Made by a program: the position numbers and the translations under genes. Below the pieces are notes generated by a model. It did no database searches. It saw only the letters and a list, made by a program, of their open reading frames with translations, and had not been told where the DNA came from. Source: Candidatus Dojkabacteria bacterium (GTDB taxonomy: Bacteria; Patescibacteriota; Dojkabacteria; B142; JAFGFJ01). Taken from it: a stretch of 64,000 nucleotides of DNA. Shown in pieces: positions 57,810 to 64,000 of the stretch. Each line of letters opens with the position of its first letter. Position 1 is the first letter of the stretch. The stretch lies in NCBI GenBank assembly GCA_016931155.1, contig JAFGFJ010000006.1, forward strand, positions 385,419 through 449,418. Reading direction: 5' to 3'.

Positions 57810-59252
57810 ATGCTTACACCTCAGCAGAAATCAATTATTTCCGATACCAATGCTCTCTACCTTGGAGTGAGCGTGTCGACTTTGACTGAAAATGCAGGTA
57901 AGGGTATAGCAAAAAAAATAGTTGAAAAATACGGAAAGGATAAGGATATTGGAATTCTTTGCGGGCTTGGGGGAAACGGTGCGGATGGTCTCTGTTCTGC
58001 AAGACACATGGTTGAAAATGGGGTAAAAAACGTAACCGTTTATCTTTTCGGCAGGAGTACTGACATTAAAAGTAAATCTACCCTACAGCAATGGGAAAAA
58101 TTGAAATCTCTCGAAAAGCTTCAGAAAGATGTGAGAGCATTGGTAGTCAAGCAGGATTGCTTTGCAGACTCCGTTGAAAACCACGATGTTTTCCTTGAGT
58201 GCCTTGTGGGTATGGGAATCAAGTCTAAAGATGGAAATAAGCCCAGGCTTACCAAAAGATTTGCAGATGTAATTAAAAAGATAGTTAGAATGGACGGGAA
58301 AAAGGTTGCAGTCGATTTCCCTGTGCCGGGCTACAACTGGGATTATTCAATTTCAATGGCATATCCAAAAACTTCAGGTGCGGTAGTAGTCGATATCGGC
58401 TTACCAAAAGAGGCTGATCTTTACACTGGCCCGGGCGAGGTCAAAGTTCTTGAAAACCCAAAAAAAGAGACACACAAAACTCAGAATGGCAAAGTTTTGA
58501 TTATTGGCGGGTCGGATACATATCACGGTGCGCCGATTATGGCATCAATGTCTGCTTCCAAGCTTGTCGGAATGGTCTATTTTTATTCAACCCTGGAGAA
58601 TCGGGAACTTGTCTCCAATCTGAAAAAGGGACTTCTAGAGGTTATTTCTGTATCTGATAGTGAGCTTGAAAAGTATGCTGATTATGCGGATGTGTTTGTG
58701 ATCGGACCCGGTCTTGAAGATAATCTTGTAAACAGGGCTCTTGTCCGTTTTCTTCTCGAAAAATATCCTGAAAAGAAGAAAGTAATTGATGCAGGAGCGA
58801 TTGCGATGTCTCCGAAGTCACTTTTGAGAAATGCAATTCTTACTCCTCATAGAGGAGAATTAAGATATTTGTTTCCCGACGAGAACAGCTTTCTGAGGAA
58901 TGCAAAGACTGGCGGAGAAGCAGTTGAAGGAAAAATTAGAAGATTCACAAAGGAAAGTGGTTCTTGTGTTGTTTTGAAAGGCCATGTAAGTCTGCTTTTC
59001 GGCCCGAATGGAGAATTTAAAATGAACAAAACTGGAAATCCTGGAATGGCTAAAGGTGGAAGTGGTGATGTACTTTCCGGCCTGATTGGTGCACTGGCTA
59101 CAAAAAATGAGCCATGGCTTTCAATGTGTGCAGGGGCTTTCATAAACGGAATGGCCGGTGATCTTTGTTATAAAGAGTTCGGTTATAATTTCAGTGCTAC
59201 CGATTTAATTCCGAAAATCCAGCAGGTGATAAAGTGGGCAAAGGAAATGTAG
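57810..59252 (+). CDS. nnr: bifunctional NAD(P)H-hydrate repair enzyme Nnr (YjeF-N epimerase plus YjeF-C dehydratase)
   Basis: GLGGNGADGL (YjeF-N) and GSGDVLSGLIGAL (YjeF-C). The track start at 57765 is probably an upstream extension. Confidence 0.75.
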   Translation: MLTPQQKSIISDTNALYLGVSVSTLTENAGKGIAKKIVEKYGKDKDIGILCGLGGNGADGLCSARHMVENGVKNVTVYLFGRSTDIKSKSTLQQWEKLKSLEKLQKDVRALVVKQDCFADSVENHDVFLECLVGMGIKSKDGNKPRLTKRFADVIKKIVRMDGKKVAVDFPVPGYNWDYSISMAYPKTSGAVVVDIGLPKEADLYTGPGEVKVLENPKKETHKTQNGKVLIIGGSDTYHGAPIMASMSASKLVGMVYFYSTLENRELVSNLKKGLLEVISVSDSELEKYADYADVFVIGPGLEDNLVNRALVRFLLEKYPEKKKVIDAGAIAMSPKSLLRNAILTPHRGELRYLFPDENSFLRNAKTGGEAVEGKIRRFTKESGSCVVLKGHVSLLFGPNGEFKMNKTGNPGMAKGGSGDVLSGLIGALATKNEPWLSMCAGAFINGMAGDLCYKEFGYNFSATDLIPKIQQVIKWAKEM

Positions 59253-59334
59253 GACTTTTACTTAATTTGTGTTATCCTTTTTTAGTCAATTCAGCACTAA
59301 TATTGCCTCAATCTTATTTTTTATCCTTTGTTCA

Positions 59335-59817
59335 ATGTTTGGCGACCTAAATAGAGTAGAAATAATTGGAAATGTCACACAAGATCTGGAGGTCAGATAC
59401 ACGGCGAATGGGGCGGCGGTAACGAGCTTTGGAGTTGCAACAAATCGAAGATGGAAAAAACAGGATGGAGATGAATGGCAGGAGCAGGTTGAATTTCATA
59501 ATGTAGTAGTATGGGGTCAACTTGCAGAAGGTCTTGCACAAAGAGCGAAAAAAGGGACACGAATATATATTGCCGGACGTCTTGGAACCCGAAGCTGGGA
59601 AGACAAGGAAGGAAAGAAAAATTACAAAACGGAAATAACAGCTACCGAAGTCATTCTTCTTGATAGATATGAAAAAGGTCCAAGTGCAAACCTTCCTGAG
59701 GCAACTGTGAACGACAGTTCACCCAATGAGATTCCTGAAGACGAGCTGGAAAAGGGAGCAAAGGGTAAGAAAGGAAAGAAAAGTGAGGAAATAGATCCTG
59801 ATGATTTGCCTTTTTAA
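59335..59817 (+). CDS. ssb: single-stranded DNA-binding protein
   Basis: OB fold (VEIIGNVTQDLEVRYT...W) and a C-terminal acidic tail ending DDLPF. Start re-set to MFGDLNRVE. Confidence 0.85.
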   Translation: MFGDLNRVEIIGNVTQDLEVRYTANGAAVTSFGVATNRRWKKQDGDEWQEQVEFHNVVVWGQLAEGLAQRAKKGTRIYIAGRLGTRSWEDKEGKKNYKTEITATEVILLDRYEKGPSANLPEATVNDSSPNEIPEDELEKGAKGKKGKKSEEIDPDDLPF

Positions 59818-59886
59818 TTCCAAGAATCCTTAAGTAATCAATTCTTGAGTTTTGCTTGGAAGTATTTTCTCATGTTAATGAGAGAA

Positions 59887-60810
59887 TCAGAATAATTGAC
59901 ACTTTAGAGGCTTTTCATCACAGGCAATCCCATCATGATCAGCGTCTCTAGCTTTACATCCGCAAGTATTCAACTGATACTGAGCTTCAGCACAGGAGGA
60001 TATTTGTGAACAGGTCTTCGAACAATCACAAGCCCATGTTTCTACAGGCTTTGGAGTGGATATTTTGTAAACCAGACATCCGATAGTACAACTCGCATCT
60101 TGAGCATTTCCAGTAAAAGTTGAACAATCCCAGTTTCTGTAGGTCACTTTTGCTTGATTACAAGCAATACATATTCTTGAAACCTCTTCATTTCTCTTGC
60201 ATTTACAAGCACTTCCCCACATTCCTTTCTCTTTTGATTTCGCTTCTGTCTCTATTGTTTGAAACTCTTCTAAATAATCCGAATCTATCTTTGTGTAAGC
60301 TCGTGCAAATCCCTCTCTTACCATGTATTCATTTACAAATATTTCAGTTCCATTATTATCCTTTACCCAAAGGTAAAGTAACGTTCGACCATATCTATCC
60401 TCTTTCCCTTGCTTGCTATCTTCTTCAATATAAACATTTTTTCCAAGAAGTAGACGTGATAATTCTGATGAAGCTTCTTCAGAATAACACTCAACAGGCT
60501 TGGCTGGATCGTTTTTTTCAGGTGAGTCGATGCCAACCAGTCTGACAGTAATGTCACTACCACTATAGTTGAGATGTACTGTATCACCGTCAATAACGCT
60601 AAGGATCTGATATGAGTATTCTCTGACAGGCTCATCCAGTTTTTCCGTATTCACTCCTGAGATCTCCTGTTTCTCTGGCTGAACGGGATTCTCCGAAAGA
60701 ACCAACAAAGCAATAATAATGAAGAGTAAACAGCAAAATAGTAAAGGAATAATGATACCAGCACTGAGTACTATCAGGACTTTTTTCTTTTTCACAGATT
60801 GCTCCTCCAA
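59887..60810 (-). CDS. secreted/membrane-anchored thermonuclease (SNase) with a Cys-rich tail and C-terminal Excalibur domain
   Basis: N-terminal TM, SNase motif GDTVHL...RLVGIDSPE, and a C-terminal DADHDGIACD Excalibur motif. Confidence 0.7.
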   Translation of the reverse strand: MEEQSVKKKKVLIVLSAGIIIPLLFCCLLFIIIALLVLSENPVQPEKQEISGVNTEKLDEPVREYSYQILSVIDGDTVHLNYSGSDITVRLVGIDSPEKNDPAKPVECYSEEASSELSRLLLGKNVYIEEDSKQGKEDRYGRTLLYLWVKDNNGTEIFVNEYMVREGFARAYTKIDSDYLEEFQTIETEAKSKEKGMWGSACKCKRNEEVSRICIACNQAKVTYRNWDCSTFTGNAQDASCTIGCLVYKISTPKPVETWACDCSKTCSQISSCAEAQYQLNTCGCKARDADHDGIACDEKPLKCQLF

Positions 60811-61021
60811 ATCTTAACAAAGGGGGGGTTGATAATCGGAAGTAACTATTACTATTATATTGTAGCATTTTTTATTTTTAAAAAGACACAGAATTGATGG
60901 CTGTCCTGTTCAAAGTTTGTTTTGCATAGGGATTTGTTAGATAATGGAGATAATTTCCCAAGAAGAAAAAACAAGGGAAAACTTTTATATATGATCTGGT
61001 TTGCAAATTATACCTGAAAAA

Positions 61022-62737
61022 ATGAGGTATTCGAGGCTTTTTGGAAAAACTTTGAAGACAATATCAAGAGATATTGTTATGAAGTCTCACAAGCTTCTGA
61101 CTCGAGCAGGTTTTATTTCGGAAAGTACTGCCGGGAGATATTTCTTCCTGCCTCTCGGTATGAGAGTTCATGACAAAATTATGAAAGTGATTGAGGAAGA
61201 GATGGATAGGGCAGGAGCTCAGAAGATGATTACACCGGTTCTTCACCCACTTGAGCTTTGGAAGGAAACAAATAGAACAAAGACTACAGGGTTTGAACTA
61301 ATGAAAGTAAAAGATAGAAGAGGGGCAGACTTTGCTCTTGGGGGTACAGCTGAGGAGATGTTCGTTGATGTTGTCCGAAAAAATGGGGTTTCATACAAAG
61401 ATCTTCCAATGAACCTTTATCAATTTTCTACAAAATTTAGAGATGAGCTTCGTGCTCGTGGCGGTCTTTTAAGGGTTCGAGAATTTACTATGAAAGATGC
61501 CTACTCTTTTCATGTTGATGAGGAAGATTTCAAGAAGGAGTACAAAAACATGTGGGATACTTATTCAAGAATTTTTAAAAGGCTTGGACTGGATACTGTT
61601 GTTGTGGAATCTGATAACGGTTACATTGGAGGAGAATACTGCCATGAGTTTGTTGTAATTTCTGATGCTGGGGAGTCGAGATTTTTGATGACGGAAGATG
61701 GAAGTTATGCTGCACATGAGGATGTGGCAAAATTTAAGAAAGTAGGAATGAATATTGATGAAAAGGAAGAAGAAATGGTCGAGGTTGAAGCAAAAAGAGG
61801 TCCGAAAATGGAGGACGGGGTAGAACTTCACAAAAAACCTCTCTGGCAGCAGATAAAGGATGTTTTGTTTGTGGATGAGCATGGAAGGTTTATTCTAGCA
61901 ATAATCAGAGGCGATCTCGATGTAAATGAAACCAAGCTTAAGCACGTTGTTGATGTGGTTGACCTACGACACGCTTCTGACGACGAAATACGAGATGTTG
62001 TTCATTCAGAGCCAGGATTTATTTCGCCTGTTGGAATAAAGGATCTGATTTGCAAAGATAAAAAGATTGTCGTTATTGCAGATGACTCAATGAGGACAGT
62101 GAAAAATTTCTATGGAGGTGCAAACAAGAAAAATAAAGATTTATTTAATGTGAATATTGACAGGGATTTCAAGCCTGATCTGGAAGGGGATATTGCGATG
62201 GCTGAGAAGGGATATTTGTCTCCTGAAGGAAAGAAATTGGTCGACAAGAAGGGGATTGAAGTTGGAAATATCTTCCAGCTTGGTCTTCACTATTCCTCGA
62301 GAATGAAAGATGCCGTTTTCACGGATAAGGATGGAAAGGAAAAGCAGTTTTATATGGGTTGCTATGGAATTGGGCTTGGAAGGACAATGGCGACTATTGT
62401 TGAGATGATGAGCGATGAAAAAGGTATTATCTGGCCTGAGATTGTAGCTCCTTATAAAGTGCATCTTGTAAGGCTTGGGGACTCGGGTGATCTAAAAACG
62501 AAGGCGGAGGAGGTATATGAAAAACTAAAAAGCTGTAATGTTGAGGTGCTGTATGATGATAGAGAAGATGTTTCTGCCGGTGAAAAATTTGCTGACGCTG
62601 ATCTTATTGGCGTTCCAATTCGAATAGTAGTAAGTAAGAAATCTTTACTTGCAGGCGGAGCGGAGGTGAAAAAGAGGGGAGAGGAAAAGATAGGAATAGT
62701 TGAAATCTCAAGGATTGAGAAAGTATTGGGTTTGTGA
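61022..62737 (+). CDS. proS: prolyl-tRNA synthetase
   Basis: Class II aaRS motifs and a ProRS anticodon-binding domain. Start re-set to MRYSRLFGKTLK. Confidence 0.88.
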   Translation: MRYSRLFGKTLKTISRDIVMKSHKLLTRAGFISESTAGRYFFLPLGMRVHDKIMKVIEEEMDRAGAQKMITPVLHPLELWKETNRTKTTGFELMKVKDRRGADFALGGTAEEMFVDVVRKNGVSYKDLPMNLYQFSTKFRDELRARGGLLRVREFTMKDAYSFHVDEEDFKKEYKNMWDTYSRIFKRLGLDTVVVESDNGYIGGEYCHEFVVISDAGESRFLMTEDGSYAAHEDVAKFKKVGMNIDEKEEEMVEVEAKRGPKMEDGVELHKKPLWQQIKDVLFVDEHGRFILAIIRGDLDVNETKLKHVVDVVDLRHASDDEIRDVVHSEPGFISPVGIKDLICKDKKIVVIADDSMRTVKNFYGGANKKNKDLFNVNIDRDFKPDLEGDIAMAEKGYLSPEGKKLVDKKGIEVGNIFQLGLHYSSRMKDAVFTDKDGKEKQFYMGCYGIGLGRTMATIVEMMSDEKGIIWPEIVAPYKVHLVRLGDSGDLKTKAEEVYEKLKSCNVEVLYDDREDVSAGEKFADADLIGVPIRIVVSKKSLLAGGAEVKKRGEEKIGIVEISRIEKVLGL

Positions 62738-62749
62738 GCTTAGCAAAGA

Positions 62750-63211
62750 TCAGTCAACTTGCGACGGTGATTGCTCGAATAGACCAAAGCTCTTTTTTCC
62801 CTGTTTAATATCTTCTATAGCTTTTTGGATATTTGACTCATTTTCCTCTATTTGTTTTAGCTCTTCATTTGACACTCCAAGTGCTACCCCAGGGAGATTA
62901 AATAAAGTGCAGTTTTCTATATCTTCTGAGTTTTTACACAATTCTTGAAGATCGGCATAAATCTTGATGAGCGAATCTGCCGAGAAGTTCTCGTTCGGTG
63001 TTACAATGTACCTATCTTCAGATCTATCATACTGAATATTATATTCACTATTTTCACGAATTGTTCTGGTGTTTTGAGTAAACAAGAGAATAAAACCAAA
63101 TATTAATGCGATAACCAGGATTCCCCCTATTATAAGTATTAATTTTTTATGCCTTTTGTAGAGAGATTTTAATCTTTCTGCTGTGTTTTGCTTTATATTA
63201 TTTTTTGGCAT
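62750..63211 (-). CDS. hypothetical membrane-anchored protein (153 aa)
   Basis: Basic N-terminus, one TM helix and an acidic C-terminal domain. Confidence 0.4.
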   Translation of the reverse strand: MPKNNIKQNTAERLKSLYKRHKKLILIIGGILVIALIFGFILLFTQNTRTIRENSEYNIQYDRSEDRYIVTPNENFSADSLIKIYADLQELCKNSEDIENCTLFNLPGVALGVSNEELKQIEENESNIQKAIEDIKQGKKSFGLFEQSPSQVD

Positions 63212-63243
63212 GTTATTTGTATAATTATTCCTCTAAATAATTA

Positions 63244-64000
63244 TTAATTGGATGGGCATGACTTTGACCCAATATAAAAAGGTACTGGTCTGTAACTCCC
63301 GATGTTTCGGGTAAATATATTAACTGTTGAATTCGGCTCTCCGTCTGATGATACAATTCCTCCTCCACTCGCAAATAATTGTTGGGAGCTTCCACCGTCA
63401 AGTAGAATTGCATTCTGAATTCCGTCAGTAATCATTTTCTGTGCAAGAGCCTCTGACGTGTATTTTGAGCTATAGGCAAAGAGCCTTCCATTGCTATCCC
63501 ATCCGATCGCAGAGTAGGGAGCTACGACTGTCTGGAAATTTGCCAGCTGACCATTATTTATCAGTAGAATACCGGAAACACCGTTTCTGAGACCTCGGGT
63601 TGTCGACTTTACTGAATTAAAATTCGAAGTCTGATTATAAAATGGTTCGAGGTTAATTAGACCCAGTTTCCCTTTTTGAGCAAGCATTGATAAACTTCCA
63701 AAATTGTCTGCAACTGCTATTGCCGCCTTTACAGCGTGAGCGACGGGGCAGCCTATGCATGGATTGTACTGATCTCCATACAAGCCAATCGCAATATTTC
63801 CGCTTCCGTAAAAATTCGAATTAATTGCAACTTTGGCTCCAGTCTCTTGGGCGAATTCAGTAATGCTGTGGGAACCTCTGGTTAGGGAATTTGTTACCAG
63901 GTTATCAGGATCAAGCTCGACTTTATAGTGACCTGGTTCTATTCTTGTGGCTGTACAACTACCTTCTGGTTGCGGATTTTCACTATCTGAGTCATTCTCG
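63244..64000 (-). CDS. DUF2233/phosphodiester-glycosidase-like protein, 5'-truncated by the window edge
   Basis: The reading frame stays open on the minus strand from 63783 to the window end. An LLDGGSSQQL motif is present. Confidence 0.45.
   Translation of the reverse strand, partial: ENDSDSENPQPEGSCTATRIEPGHYKVELDPDNLVTNSLTRGSHSITEFAQETGAKVAINSNFYGSGNIAIGLYGDQYNPCIGCPVAHAVKAAIAVADNFGSLSMLAQKGKLGLINLEPFYNQTSNFNSVKSTTRGLRNGVSGILLINNGQLANFQTVVAPYSAIGWDSNGRLFAYSSKYTSEALAQKMITDGIQNAILLDGGSSQQLFASGGGIVSSDGEPNSTVNIFTRNIGSYRPVPFYIGSKSCPSN

Noticed and set aside
9590-64000. CRISPR arrays, rRNA, IS transposases and toxin-antitoxin pairs.
   Set aside because: I scanned for regularly spaced direct repeats, rRNA-like conserved stretches, DDE/transposase motifs and small adjacent ORF pairs. 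I found none beyond the repeat families reported above.

Overview
This 64 kb window is from a low-GC bacterial chromosome. The SSB carries the bacterial C-terminal DDLPF tail and the LepA, LCP and RNase HI genes are bacterial-type. A form-III-like RuBisCO, many Thr/Ser-rich secreted proteins and a compact gene layout suggest a CPR/Patescibacteria-like organism, but that is inference.

I call about 70 CDS, six tRNAs (Pro-CGG, Pro-TGG, Leu-TAA, Cys-GCA, Ser-GGA, Gln-CTG), several hairpin terminators and one clear sigma70-like promoter.

The core housekeeping genes are:
- pyruvate kinase, overlapping a TrmH/SpoU methyltransferase
- 2,3-BPG-independent phosphoglycerate mutase, enolase, LepA/EF4, prolyl-tRNA synthetase, SSB, a bifunctional Nnr (YjeF-N/YjeF-C), RNase HI and Hsp20
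- a P-type ATPase, a CPA2/TrkA-N antiporter, an M23 peptidase, an M20 peptidase, a DsbA-like protein, a stand-alone receiver protein, a YhaM-like OB/HD protein and a HemN/HemW-like radical SAM protein.

A metabolic cluster at 27.7-35.3 kb holds a prephenate dehydratase with no ACT domain, a DAHP/KDO8P-synthase-family protein, a divergent class II aldolase-family protein, a PfkB kinase and a form-III-like RuBisCO large subunit.

Four consecutive secreted or surface-anchored protein genes sit at 16.9-21.5 kb. The first three intergenic junctions each carry a hairpin (one of them, at 17852, not separately examined here).

The most unusual part is an accessory stretch from about 36.3 to 50.5 kb:
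- a run of small minus-strand genes (36.5-41.3 kb) separated by ~240 bp spacers that carry a family of REP/MITE-like repeats in both orientations
- a tyrosine recombinase gene split by a frameshift in a T-run, lying next to tRNA-Ser
- tRNA-Gln followed by a noncoding stretch holding at least seven copies of a near-palindromic T-loop-like decamer (GGTTCGAGCC and variants)
- a two-gene overlapping locus (46332-50448) encoding a 574 aa and an 808 aa protein of unrecognised function, each with a putative PD-(D/E)xK nuclease-fold motif; I flag this as a candidate novel defence-type system.

Other points of note:
- a convergent pair of paralogous ParB/Srx-like proteins preceded by a promoter-leader-terminator structure
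- a secreted SNase-Excalibur nuclease.

Many antisense or overlapping ORFs in the supplied track are treated as spurious.
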